Positions 21,159 through 30,831 of a stretch of DNA of 64,000 nucleotides are shown here, one piece after another. Location of the stretch: contig JAOUFJ010000002.1 of the NCBI GenBank assembly GCA_029858255.1, positions 138,637 through 202,636 of the forward strand, written 5' to 3'. The notes under the pieces are model-generated. The model saw nothing but the letters and a program-made list of their open reading frames with translations. It had not been told where the DNA came from and ran no database searches. This DNA is from a candidate division WOR-3 bacterium. Lineage in GTDB: Bacteria > Hydrothermota > Tepidihabitantia > SM23-42. A program made the position numbers and the translations under genes. Position 1 is the first letter of the stretch, and each line of letters begins with the position of its first letter.

Positions 21159-22019
21159 TTAATTCTCGACCATCTTATTACCGAAAAAGACCTTCATATG
21201 GGGCCACGGTATCTCAATACCTTCCCGGTCAAATTCTGTTTTTATGCGCTTGCGCAATTCACCCATGACTTCCCACTGCACGAGCGGCTTTGTGTCCCCA
21301 AGAATCTTGATATCAATGCCTGAACTGCCAAGTGCATCTACCCTCAGAACCTGTGGTGCCTTGATTATTTTCTTTTTCCAGTCAGGCTCCTCGTACATCT
21401 GAAGGCATACGCGGTTGATGACACCGATAACACGCTCTAGATCCTCGCCATAACCAACTGAGATATTCAAATTCACGCGGGAGTATTCCTTGGTGAAATT
21501 ACTCGCAATAGAAATCTCGCTGTTCGGAATATAGTGGACAATACCATCAAGATCGCGAAGAACAGTCCGCCGCAGATTGACCTCCTCAACTAGACCGCTG
21601 ACACCTCCCACCTTTACAACATCGCCGATTCCGTACTGATTTTCCAGTAATATGAAAAGACCGTTTAAGACATCCTTTATCAAACCCTGTGCCCCGAAAC
21701 TAATAGCCAGTCCGACGACGCCAAGACTGGCCAAAGCAGGTCCGATATTCACACCGATCTGTCCCAATACCGTGAAGAGCACTATCACACCAATCACTAT
21801 TCCAATTGTGTTGGTTATAACATGCGAAATCGTCTTGCTCCTGGTTTTTATCATTATTTCTGGTTTGTCTCTCATCCTGAAATGAATCGTTCGCCTAATA
21901 ACACGAGGAACTAAACGTGTCGACAACAACCAGCCGACAAATCCCAAAACGACGATAATGGCGATCTTAATGCCAAAAGCTTGCAGCCATTCAATCATCT
22001 TTCCTCCTGAACCATTCAA
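21159..22019 (-). CDS. Mechanosensitive channel, MscS family
   Basis: TM3/beta-domain region 'GVVGLAISFGAQGLIKDVLNGLFILLENQYGIGDVV' is typical MscS. Confidence 0.75.
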   Translation of the reverse strand: MNGSGGKMIEWLQAFGIKIAIIVVLGFVGWLLSTRLVPRVIRRTIHFRMRDKPEIMIKTRSKTISHVITNTIGIVIGVIVLFTVLGQIGVNIGPALASLGVVGLAISFGAQGLIKDVLNGLFILLENQYGIGDVVKVGGVSGLVEEVNLRRTVLRDLDGIVHYIPNSEISIASNFTKEYSRVNLNISVGYGEDLERVIGVINRVCLQMYEEPDWKKKIIKAPQVLRVDALGSSGIDIKILGDTKPLVQWEVMGELRKRIKTEFDREGIEIPWPHMKVFFGNKMVEN

Positions 22020-22923
22020 TGATCCGGATCAAACCGGCATTCAGGTCGACCTTGGGGGTCCAACCAAGTATCTCTTTTGCTTTCGCTATATCAGGTTTTC
22101 TCCTCTTAGGGTCATTTTCCGGCAGTGGCAGGAATTCCAATCCCGATGTGCTTAAGCACAACTTCTTTATGATATCAGCGACCTCAAGCATGGTGTATTC
22201 CTTTGGATTACCAATGTTAATCGGATAGGCATATCCAATTTTGACCGCCTTTGTTATGGCCTCAACCATATCGCTGATGTAGCAGAAACTCCTGGTTTGT
22301 TTGCCATCGCCGAAAATTGTCAGCGGCTCGTTCTTCAATGCCTGACTGATGAAAGTCGGGACTACCCGTCCATCTTCTTCCTTCATCCGTTCGCCGTAGG
22401 TGTTGAATATCCTGACGATCGTTGTTTCCACCTTATGCTCCCGGTTATACGCAGCAGTCAGCGCTTCAGCAAATCTCTTCCCTTCATCATATACCGCTCT
22501 CGGTCCAACCGGATTAACGTTTCCCCAGTAATCTTCTTTCTGTGGGTGTTGCTCGGGATCGCCATAAACCTCGCTAGTCGAAGCCAGCAGAAACTTTGCA
22601 TGTTCCCGCCTGCTTAGTTCAAGCATGTTGAATGTCCCCACTGATGAGGTACGCATTGTTTCGATCGGATATCTTAGGTAGTCAAACGGACTGGCGGGCG
22701 ATGCAAGATGCATAATGACATCGATCCCATCCGAGATCATATCAACATTACAAACATCTTCCTCGAGAAAAGTGATGCTCCCTCTGTTCAAGTGGTCTGC
22801 AATGTTCTCCCTGCGCCCGGTAATCAGACTGTCAATGACAATCACCTCATCACCAGCCGCAACATAATGATCAACAAGATGTGATCCGATGAAACCTGCG
22901 CCACCTGTTATCAAAACCTTCAT
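21991..22923 (-). CDS. UDP-glucuronate decarboxylase (UDP-xylose synthase, SDR family)
   Basis: 'ITGGAGFIGSHL' Rossmann motif, 'YDEGKR' and 'RIFNTYG' UXS signatures. Confidence 0.8.
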   Translation of the reverse strand: MKVLITGGAGFIGSHLVDHYVAAGDEVIVIDSLITGRRENIADHLNRGSITFLEEDVCNVDMISDGIDVIMHLASPASPFDYLRYPIETMRTSSVGTFNMLELSRREHAKFLLASTSEVYGDPEQHPQKEDYWGNVNPVGPRAVYDEGKRFAEALTAAYNREHKVETTIVRIFNTYGERMKEEDGRVVPTFISQALKNEPLTIFGDGKQTRSFCYISDMVEAITKAVKIGYAYPINIGNPKEYTMLEVADIIKKLCLSTSGLEFLPLPENDPKRRKPDIAKAKEILGWTPKVDLNAGLIRIIEWFRRKDD

Positions 22924-24212
22924 CGGCCTATTCCACTATAGATGAACCCCAACTCCTTCATCTTCTCCGGTTGAAATACATTACGCCCGTCGACAAATAC
23001 TGGTTGACGCATGGCTTTCTTCACCTTCTGTAAATCCATTTTTTCAAATTCCGCCCATTCGGTAACGAGCACTATCGCATCGACATCCTCTGCTACATCA
23101 TAAGCATTATCACAATAATCGATATCCGGCATTATTTTCTTTGCTCTTTCCATGGCCACAGGATCGTACGCTTTGACGGTCGCACCCTCGCTCATTAATT
23201 GGCTAATAATCGTAATAGACGGCGCAAATCTCATGTCATCTGTGTTGGGTTTGAAAGCAAGGCCCAAAACTCCAATCTTCTTGCCCCTGAGATTCCACAG
23301 CAATTCTTCGGTCTTCTTGACGACCCTGCGCATCTGTTCCTCATTGATATTTTCAACTTCTTTCAAAAGACGAAAGTCATAACCAAGTTTTGCTGATATG
23401 CCGATGAAAGCCTTCAGATCCTTGGGAAAACAGAATCCACCGAAACCAGCACCGGCGTTCAAAAAATCACGTCCGATTCTCTTGTCCAACCCCATTCCTT
23501 CGGCTACCTTTGTAACATCGCCACCCGATCTCTCACAAATGATCGAAAGCGCGTTCATGAAGGATATCTTAGTTGAAAGAAAAGAATTTGATGCGTGCTT
23601 TATCAACTCGGCACTCGCTATATCAGTGACTATCTTCGGCGATTCAATGGGACGGTAAAGCTCAAGGAGTTTCTCCTCTGCCCGTTTGCTTTCAACACCC
23701 AGAACGATCCGGTCCGCGTATAAGAAATCATTTATTGCAGAACCTTCCCGCAGGAACTCAGGATTCGAAGCCACATCGAACTCGCTACCGTGTTTGTTAA
23801 ATCTTTCGACCACCATGCGTACCCATTGACCTGTCTGTACGGGTACCGTACTCTTCTCGATTATGATCTTGTAATCACGCATAGCTGCGCCGATCTCTAT
23901 CGCCACCTGTTCGATGCTCGACAGATCAGGTTCTCCATTATCCTTGGGAGGAGTACCCACGGCAATGAATACGAAGAATGACTTATCGACACCTTCACCA
24001 GTATTGCTCGTGAAACTGAGCCTGCCGGCTTTCACGTTCTTCTTCACCAATTCCTCAAGCCCCGGCTCATAGATGGGTATACCGCCGTTTTTCAACACAT
24101 CGATTTTACTTGTGTCGTTATCAACACAAATGACTTCGTGACCGATCTCAGCAAAGCAAGTTCCCGAAACAAGACCAACATAACCCGTGCCTATCATGCA
24201 CACCTTCATCAA
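22920..24212 (-). CDS. ugd: UDP-glucose 6-dehydrogenase
   Basis: 'VCMIGTGYVGLVSGTCFAEIGHEVICVD' N-terminal NAD motif and catalytic Cys region 'GGFCFPKD'. Confidence 0.85.
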   Translation of the reverse strand: MMKVCMIGTGYVGLVSGTCFAEIGHEVICVDNDTSKIDVLKNGGIPIYEPGLEELVKKNVKAGRLSFTSNTGEGVDKSFFVFIAVGTPPKDNGEPDLSSIEQVAIEIGAAMRDYKIIIEKSTVPVQTGQWVRMVVERFNKHGSEFDVASNPEFLREGSAINDFLYADRIVLGVESKRAEEKLLELYRPIESPKIVTDIASAELIKHASNSFLSTKISFMNALSIICERSGGDVTKVAEGMGLDKRIGRDFLNAGAGFGGFCFPKDLKAFIGISAKLGYDFRLLKEVENINEEQMRRVVKKTEELLWNLRGKKIGVLGLAFKPNTDDMRFAPSITIISQLMSEGATVKAYDPVAMERAKKIMPDIDYCDNAYDVAEDVDAIVLVTEWAEFEKMDLQKVKKAMRQPVFVDGRNVFQPEKMKELGFIYSGIGR

Positions 24213-24251
24213 AATCCTCCTTCCAATATAATCTTGTTCAATAATCCAATT

Positions 24252-25199
24252 TTAACGCCGTCTGTAAAACAGAAACAACACACCGCCGATGAGGGAATAG
24301 ACAAAAATAATAAAAAATGATAATAGCGACATAGCCAGAGAAACCTCACCGTCAAGCCCTACTCGCGAAAATAGAAGAACATAGGAATTCTCCCGTATAC
24401 CGAGTCCATTAAGTGACACCGGGATCATGGATACGACGTTTATGATGGGAACATAAAGAAAAAAAGGAATGATCCCGACCTCGGTATGCCCCATGCCCAA
24501 CAAGACAAAGAACGGGGCGATCGCCAGTGTTGTTTGTATGATGACTGAATGAACAATACACAATGCGATCGTACCCCAAGCTCCACCGAATTCGGTTCCT
24601 GCCGCATGTAACCGGTTGAGCCTCTCACCGAGTTGTAATAACCTCATCCTGCTGATAAGCGGTGAGAAAGTATTGTAAGCTTTTTGTGAAAAGAAAACGT
24701 ATGTAACCAGCAGAACAATACTCAGTCCAACTACCATGAAAGGAAGAAATTCAGTATCGTTTCTCATTACTAACAGATAAAAAACCGCAATCAGAGCAAA
24801 AATGAACAGACCGACAAAACCCAGTATTCGATCGACGATAACCGTTGCCAGTGAATCAGCTCGGCGGTCCTTCATTGTATATACTACACGCATCATATCA
24901 CCGCCGACTGTTGTCGGTAGAAAGTTGTTGAAAAAAAGAGAAATAAAGTATATCACCAGCGTACGCCCAAAAGGTATGTTGAATTTTTTGAAATCAAGCA
25001 ACACTTGCCAGCGCCATGCTGAAACGAGGATAAAAATAAGATAAGGTACCGACGCATAAAGAAGATACCTTCCGCTGACACCACGAATATTTACCAGTAT
25101 TTCCTTTATATCGAGTGCCCAGAAAAGGAATATGATCAGGCCTAAACCAACAACGACCCGGGCAATCGTCAACAATGTTCTAAACTTTGGGTTTTTCAA
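24252..25199 (-). CDS. Flippase-like polytopic membrane protein (lysyl-PG synthase TM-region/UPF0104-like)
   Basis: 8 or more TM. Commonly paired with polyprenyl-phosphate GT2 enzymes. Confidence 0.5.
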   Translation of the reverse strand: MKNPKFRTLLTIARVVVGLGLIIFLFWALDIKEILVNIRGVSGRYLLYASVPYLIFILVSAWRWQVLLDFKKFNIPFGRTLVIYFISLFFNNFLPTTVGGDMMRVVYTMKDRRADSLATVIVDRILGFVGLFIFALIAVFYLLVMRNDTEFLPFMVVGLSIVLLVTYVFFSQKAYNTFSPLISRMRLLQLGERLNRLHAAGTEFGGAWGTIALCIVHSVIIQTTLAIAPFFVLLGMGHTEVGIIPFFLYVPIINVVSMIPVSLNGLGIRENSYVLLFSRVGLDGEVSLAMSLLSFFIIFVYSLIGGVLFLFYRRR

Positions 25200-26064
25200 G
25201 ATGGTCCAGTATAGCGCGTATCGATTCTCCTATTAGCGCCAGTGAAAAGAAAAGGATGCCAGATATAACTAATAGAATAACCAGATACAGGAGAGGACGA
25301 AAGCCATATCCAAAAAGCCTCAGGACGATCGACAAAATTCCTACGGCAACTCCTGCAAGGACCGAGAAAAGACCGATGGTGCCAAAATAGAGCAAAGGTT
25401 TCTTCATGAAAGACAGCTGAAATTTCACTGCAAGCAAATCAAAGAACCCAATTAAAATGCGTGACTTCTGCTGGTATTTCGGAAGACCGTACTTCCGGGG
25501 GCGAATGTCCACTTTTATTTCACCGATCCGGTAGCCGGCTTCCTTTGCCAGAGGCACCAGAAAGCGATGCCAATCCTTGCGCAGCGGTATATCGTTAAGA
25601 ACATCTTTCCTTACCGCTTTGATCGCGTTCATATCGTGTACCTCGAGACCGAACAGCTTCTTCGCCCATAAATTATACGTATTTGACACAAATTTCTTAT
25701 CGTATTTCCCTTGTTTCCAACCTGTGGCAATATCGAATCCGTTATCGATCAGCGCGATCAATCTGGGAATGTCGTTTGGGTCATATTGCATATCGGCGTC
25801 AAATATCACTATGACATCGCCTTTCGCCGCCTTCGCTCCGGACATTATAGCTTGCGTTTTGCCCATATTCCTTTTATGCCGGACGCAACGTAAATAACGT
25901 CTCTTATGCTTTTTCAATATATCGGACGTTCCGTCTTCGGAGCCGTCGTCGACTAAGATAACCTCATAGTTTCGCTTCTTTTCAACAAATTTGTCGAATT
26001 CCTCGATGAGAAGCGGTATGTTTACTGCTTCATTATATGCAGGAACTACAACAGAAACCTTCAT
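25180..26064 (-). CDS. GT2 polyprenyl-phosphate glycosyltransferase (ArnC/GtrB/DPM-synthase-like) with two C-terminal TM helices
   Basis: 'VVVPAYNEAVNI', 'DDGSEDGT' and 'DADMQYDP' motifs. C-terminal TM pair. Confidence 0.75.
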   Translation of the reverse strand: MKVSVVVPAYNEAVNIPLLIEEFDKFVEKKRNYEVILVDDGSEDGTSDILKKHKRRYLRCVRHKRNMGKTQAIMSGAKAAKGDVIVIFDADMQYDPNDIPRLIALIDNGFDIATGWKQGKYDKKFVSNTYNLWAKKLFGLEVHDMNAIKAVRKDVLNDIPLRKDWHRFLVPLAKEAGYRIGEIKVDIRPRKYGLPKYQQKSRILIGFFDLLAVKFQLSFMKKPLLYFGTIGLFSVLAGVAVGILSIVLRLFGYGFRPLLYLVILLVISGILFFSLALIGESIRAILDHLEKPKV

Positions 26065-26127
26065 GTCTGATTATATGAAATCTCGTTACTTAGTCAAGAG
26101 GAGAACCAAAAATACAGCTTTCACTTC

Positions 26128-26724
26128 TCATACAGCAGGCAAAGTATCTGACAGCGCTATGATGGTAAGCTGACAGATCCTCTTGAGCGTCTCTAATATA
26201 CCGATGTTTCTAATTGCGACGCTCTCGAAATACTGATAATCTTCATTATTCAATTGTGTTTGGAGCTCTTTGATCTCCATGATGTTCGGTAGATCACGTT
26301 TGTTGTACTGAATTATCATCGGAATATCCTTCAGGATTAAATCATACGCTCTCAGATTATCCTGCAGGTTGTACATACTCTCGATGTTCTCCTCCAACCG
26401 TTCCCGCTGAGAATCGACCACAAAAACCAATCCATCGACGTTTCTCAAAACCAGTCTGCGCGATGCATTATAGTAAACCTGACCAGGTACCGTATACAGA
26501 TGGAACCGTAGTTTCCAACCCTTGATCTCACCCACATCAATAGGCAGGAAATCAAAGAATATTGTTTGGTCCAGATCGGTTGCAAGACTCATCATCTGGC
26601 CCTTTCGGTCAGACGATAATTTAGCATATATCGAACGCAAATTGGTCGTCTTGCCACCCAGGCTCGTCCCGTAGTACACGATCTTGAGGTTGAGCTCTTT
26701 ATTGGCGTAGTTTAAGTTCGCCAT
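26128..26724 (-). CDS. mglA: MglA-like Ras-superfamily GTPase (motility/polarity regulator family)
   Basis: Near end-to-end match to MglA: 'KIVYYGTSLGGKTTNL', 'LFFDFLP', 'RFHLYTVPGQVYY' and 'IQYNKRDLPN'. Confidence 0.8.
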   Translation of the reverse strand: MANLNYANKELNLKIVYYGTSLGGKTTNLRSIYAKLSSDRKGQMMSLATDLDQTIFFDFLPIDVGEIKGWKLRFHLYTVPGQVYYNASRRLVLRNVDGLVFVVDSQRERLEENIESMYNLQDNLRAYDLILKDIPMIIQYNKRDLPNIMEIKELQTQLNNEDYQYFESVAIRNIGILETLKRICQLTIIALSDTLPAV

Positions 26725-26727
26725 AGT

Positions 26728-28215
26728 TCAGGTTATTTCAACAAGATTAAGTGAATTATCCACCGTAAACGTACTAATACCGTCGGTCAGGACCGGTGCC
26801 GGGTTACCTTCTCCAAAAGGCACCAGGGTCTTGAGCATGGCCACGTCTGATTTACGCAAGAAAGCCTCGGGTTTAGGCTCCATCGATTTACAGTCATCCA
26901 AAATATCAGGAGCTTGATGCTCTACATATTCTTTGAACTCACGAAGGAAAACTTCAAGATACCTTTTCTCCATCGAAAAACCAGCCGCTTTCTTATGCCC
27001 TCCGAAATCCAGGAAAAACTTTCGCATCCGGTAGAGCAACTTGTACAGGTCGAAATCGCAACTCCGTAATTCACCTATGCATTTTTCATTTCTTATGCCA
27101 ATTATCAAAGAATTGCGCTTAAAATAATCGCGTAGACGCGCTGCAACAGAACCAAGAAAGTGCTGCTTAGAAAGGGGCACGAGCGAAATAACCAGCCTCG
27201 ACGTCACCTCGGCACTCGATATCACCTCACTGAACATGTTGTCAATTTCCTGCCGGCGTCTTTGATCCGTGTCTTTCAGAGTAGAGTAGATGTCTCGGAC
27301 CCTACTCAAATCATTTTCAACAAAGAAATCGACACCCAATCTCGGATCGATATAAGCTGCCGAGCCGATTGTCGGCAAGACTTCTTTGAGTACCCTGTGC
27401 ATTTCGACCTCACCATACTCTCTAAGACACACAGCCCACGCTTCATCGACATGATTGACCAAACTCAACCCATGGATACAGAATACCCTGTTCTCGTCAC
27501 ATAACGCGACACGGTCTGCAAAAGTGCCGATACAAACGATGGGATAGAATGATTTCTTCAAACCATAGAATTCATTCGCGCTCATGCTGAAAAACTCCTG
27601 ATAGAGGAACTGCGCGAGTTTAAAGGCAACACCAACACCAGCCAGGTCCCGGAAAGGATATCGTGAATCCTGTCGCTTCGGGTTCACTGCAGCAATCGGA
27701 AAATCGGTGCGCTTAGTCTCATGGTGGTCGCAAATAATCGCCTTCAATCCCTCTTGTTCGGCAATACGAAAGTTCTCTTCATTGCTGATGCCAAAATCTA
27801 CGGTCAGAAGCAACCTAACTCCCTTCTCTCGATACGAAGAAAGAACCTGAGGATTCAATACGTAACCATCCTTCTCACGAATGATCGGGTAAACATGCAC
27901 GGCGCCGCTGCCCTTGGTAATATCATCCAATGCCTTGTACATGACTGCGGCCGATGTATATCCGTCTACATCGTCGTGCGTGTAAATGAGTATCCCCTCC
28001 CCACCTTTTGCCGCGGTTATGATCTCTTCAGCAGCACGGGCGATGTCCGGCAACAAACCAGGATCGTGGAGCTGTGAAGAATCCGGATAGAGATACCTTT
28101 TTGCCTCGCTATACTCTGGATAGCGTCGGGCAATAATTTCTGCCACCTCCCGCGGAATCGAAAAATCGGTGGCATATTTTTCAACGAGCATTTTGTCGGC
28201 ATCACGCAGTGACAT
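26728..28215 (-). CDS. RecJ-like DHH/DHHA1 phosphoesterase (single-stranded-DNA exonuclease RecJ family, short form)
   Basis: 'ILIYTHDDVDGYTSAAV', 'LLLTVDFGISN', 'ICDHH' and 'GGHKKAAGFS' (DHHA1) motifs. Confidence 0.7.
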   Translation of the reverse strand: MSLRDADKMLVEKYATDFSIPREVAEIIARRYPEYSEAKRYLYPDSSQLHDPGLLPDIARAAEEIITAAKGGEGILIYTHDDVDGYTSAAVMYKALDDITKGSGAVHVYPIIREKDGYVLNPQVLSSYREKGVRLLLTVDFGISNEENFRIAEQEGLKAIICDHHETKRTDFPIAAVNPKRQDSRYPFRDLAGVGVAFKLAQFLYQEFFSMSANEFYGLKKSFYPIVCIGTFADRVALCDENRVFCIHGLSLVNHVDEAWAVCLREYGEVEMHRVLKEVLPTIGSAAYIDPRLGVDFFVENDLSRVRDIYSTLKDTDQRRRQEIDNMFSEVISSAEVTSRLVISLVPLSKQHFLGSVAARLRDYFKRNSLIIGIRNEKCIGELRSCDFDLYKLLYRMRKFFLDFGGHKKAAGFSMEKRYLEVFLREFKEYVEHQAPDILDDCKSMEPKPEAFLRKSDVAMLKTLVPFGEGNPAPVLTDGISTFTVDNSLNLVEIT

Positions 28216-28642
28216 TTTTGCCTAACTCCCGCGATTTACCTTCCCCTGACTTGTCGGGCTCAATACGCGCCCGGAGGAAAGTCAGTATCTCTTCGTGTTC
28301 CTCGGGCATGAGTACGAACACGCCCCTGAATTGATTCAGAAACGTCTTGCGGCGAAACGGGCTGAGAAGTACCCCATTCTTTCCCACATAAACCCGTCTG
28401 AATTCCGATAATTTTCGTTTCTGAGTCATGAAAATATTCTTTATTATGATCTCCTCATCGTTGATATCATACGCAGTTGGGAAGAAATAAGAATGCACGG
28501 ATACGAAGAGTATGATGAAACCAAAGAGACTCCAGAAAAGACCGTAAAACACAGCCACGATGACAACGAAGGCGACGATGAAAATAGCACTCAACACTGC
28601 TTTGTTGAGATTCCGCTTGGCAGGATGTACATTCCAATTCAT
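28202..28642 (-). CDS. Small membrane protein with bacterial PH-like domain
   Basis: Two N-terminal TM helices followed by a bPH_2-like segment. The 3' end overlaps the RecJ-like gene start. Confidence 0.35.
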   Translation of the reverse strand: MNWNVHPAKRNLNKAVLSAIFIVAFVVIVAVFYGLFWSLFGFIILFVSVHSYFFPTAYDINDEEIIIKNIFMTQKRKLSEFRRVYVGKNGVLLSPFRRKTFLNQFRGVFVLMPEEHEEILTFLRARIEPDKSGEGKSRELGKNVTA

Positions 28643-28760
28643 AGGCTTTGCCTTGTGCTATTTCCCACCATGATAGTCGTCTATACTCTGTTTTAGCATT
28701 CCTAACTCAAAACTCTGAAATCATCAAGATAGATAAGGAGATAAGAAAACCCATAGAAAA

Positions 28761-28835
28761 TGGGCCCGGAGGGACTCGAACCCCCGACCCGCTGATTATG
28801 AGTCAGCTGCTCTAACCAACTGAGCTACAGGCCCC
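28761..28835 (-). tRNA. tRNA-Met (anticodon CAT). It could alternatively be lysidine-modified tRNA-Ile2.
   Basis: Minus-strand sequence GGGGCCTGTAGCTCAGTTGGTTAGAGCAGCTGACTCATAATCAGC...GGGGGTTCGAGTCCCTCCGGGCCCA. Standard cloverleaf. Loop CTCATAA. Confidence 0.8.
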
Positions 28836-28902
28836 ACTACCATACGGCAAATTATAGTCAAGAACAGAGTTTTGTCAATCAACCACTCAAAATCTAGAAG
28901 AT

Positions 28903-28975
28903 GCTGTTTTGATCATTTGAATTTTGAGATTCGTATTTGTTTAGTATTTAGAATTTCTGATTTAGGACTTGGCTT
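28903..28975. repeat. Family B repeat, copy 2, next to tRNA-Met
   Basis: 'TGTTTTGATCATTTGAATTTTGAGATTCGTATTTGTTTAGTATTTAGAATTTCTGATTTAGGACTT'. Confidence 0.65.
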
Positions 28976-29045
28976 GGCCAGCCATAGCCATTGGCCTAAT
29001 TAACTCGGGTGAGGCCGTCTTGACTAGCACTCGTATTGTTTTATA

Positions 29046-29879
29046 ATGTCCCAGGCTAAGCCAATGTTAGTAAACGAAGTCAAATGCAAATCAATACTCA
29101 ATAAATCAGGCATTTCAGTCATTGACTACGCAATTAACCCCTATTATGGATGTGCCCACAAATGCCAATACTGCTATGCCGTCTTCATGAAGAGATTCAC
29201 CGGACATACAGAACCTTGGGGTGACTTTGTCGATGCAAAGGTGAACGGTCCGGAAGTGCTGGCACAGCAGCTCCAAAGACTGAAAAAGCGCAGCCGGATC
29301 TCATTCGGCACAGTCTGCGACCCTTACCAACCACTTGAATTAAAATATCAAATAACTCGAAAATGTCTTGAAATATTAATACCTTACCGCCATCGTGTAT
29401 CCATTTTGACAAAGTCGGCGATCGTCATTCGTGATGCCGACGTTCTGCGTAGGCTTTACAAGGTAAGGGTTAGTTTCACAATAACATCTATGGAAGAGAA
29501 GGTCAGAAAAGTATTTGAGCCGGCCACGCCTTCAGCAGAAATGAGATTCAAGGCGCTCCGAACACTCAGTCAGGATGGGATAAACACCAGCGTATTTGTC
29601 GCACCTGTCATCCCCTATATCTCTGATTCGCCCACTGCAATTGCTGATATCTTTAAAGCAGCCAGAAGTGCCGGCGCCGATTATGTGATGTTTGATACTC
29701 TGAATCCTTACCCAAAGGTGTGGCGCAATGTCCAGAGGCTCGTTAAGAACCAATTTCCTGACAAATTCGAATCCTTCAATACGTATTATACAAACCGGAA
29801 AATGTACAAAGTGCGCTTGCGGGAAAGGATCCGTAGTCTCGGAGAGAAATATCGCATAGACTACAGATTCGCTTTTTAG
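29046..29879 (+). CDS. Radical SAM protein, SPL/DNA-photolyase-like (COG1533-type)
   Basis: 'GCAHKCQYCYA' cluster-binding motif near the N-terminus. Confidence 0.55.
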   Translation: MSQAKPMLVNEVKCKSILNKSGISVIDYAINPYYGCAHKCQYCYAVFMKRFTGHTEPWGDFVDAKVNGPEVLAQQLQRLKKRSRISFGTVCDPYQPLELKYQITRKCLEILIPYRHRVSILTKSAIVIRDADVLRRLYKVRVSFTITSMEEKVRKVFEPATPSAEMRFKALRTLSQDGINTSVFVAPVIPYISDSPTAIADIFKAARSAGADYVMFDTLNPYPKVWRNVQRLVKNQFPDKFESFNTYYTNRKMYKVRLRERIRSLGEKYRIDYRFAF

Positions 29880-29939
29880 TCACCCCTGTCAGCGTTGCCG
29901 GATATCGTATGTGCAAATACCGTTGATCTACCGGAATCG

Positions 29940-30788
29940 TCATGACTCCCCGTAGGAAAGCAATTTCTCAATCGTATAATGCTTCCCGTCCTCTGCCGCC
30001 AGCACGGTGATCCCGGTTCTTTCTTTCAATTGCCGCGCAACATTCCAAGGGCCAGTTCTTAACATCGTCATGCCGAAATGTGTGATGATCGCCACCTTTG
30101 GCTTGATCCCGGATATTATTTCGGCACAATCATCGACAGATAAATGGTCTATCTCAGAGGGCCCCAACTTAATCAAATTCATTATGATCACGTCCGCCCG
30201 ATACGCGGAAATGAGTTCTGGGAAATACTTCGTATCTGTTACGTAGGAGATGGTGTGTTCCTTATACGAAAGTCTGAATCCGTAAGTTTCCACACGGTGC
30301 TCATGTCTGACAGGAAATAGGAATTGTAGGTTTCCAAGTCTGAAGTTAAGGTCCTTTCTGATAATAATGGTCTCATCGAGAAATCCGAGAAGGTATTTAT
30401 GAATGACGCCATCTTCTCCAAAGGCATCAGAAGGAGCCAACAAAAGACCACGTCTGTTATTACCGCCCTTGGTCATGACATCGAGATAGACGTTAACATC
30501 CCCACTGTGGTCGATGTGCTTGTGTGTAAGGATTATGGCGTCGATTCTTTCTGGGCTGAATTCTGGCAGGTAGGTCAGAAGCCGATACAGTGATTCGGGA
30601 CCAGGATCAACGAGCACATTCCTGCCCCCGATTCTGAACAACATACCACCAGTTGCCCTTAACTGCTTAGCGATTACATATCGCGCGCCGCCAGTACCAA
30701 GAAAAACAATCTCGTCTGTATCGGCACGTTCCAGATTGTTATTAGCCGACGGTCCGGTTATTCTTTTCTTCCCCGATGTTTTTTTCAT
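29940..30788 (-). CDS. MBL-fold metallo-hydrolase
   Basis: 'HKHIDHSGD' (HxHxDH). Confidence 0.65.
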   Translation of the reverse strand: MKKTSGKKRITGPSANNNLERADTDEIVFLGTGGARYVIAKQLRATGGMLFRIGGRNVLVDPGPESLYRLLTYLPEFSPERIDAIILTHKHIDHSGDVNVYLDVMTKGGNNRRGLLLAPSDAFGEDGVIHKYLLGFLDETIIIRKDLNFRLGNLQFLFPVRHEHRVETYGFRLSYKEHTISYVTDTKYFPELISAYRADVIIMNLIKLGPSEIDHLSVDDCAEIISGIKPKVAIITHFGMTMLRTGPWNVARQLKERTGITVLAAEDGKHYTIEKLLSYGES

Positions 30789-30831
30789 CCGTTAAGTTGC
30801 GGTAAAGTGTCAGTTAATGAACTCTGCGATC

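Noticed and set aside
28761-28835. Calling the CAT-anticodon tRNA an initiator tRNA-fMet
   Set aside because: It has a normal G1-C72 pair and lacks the three consecutive G-C pairs in the anticodon stem, so it is elongator Met or Ile2.
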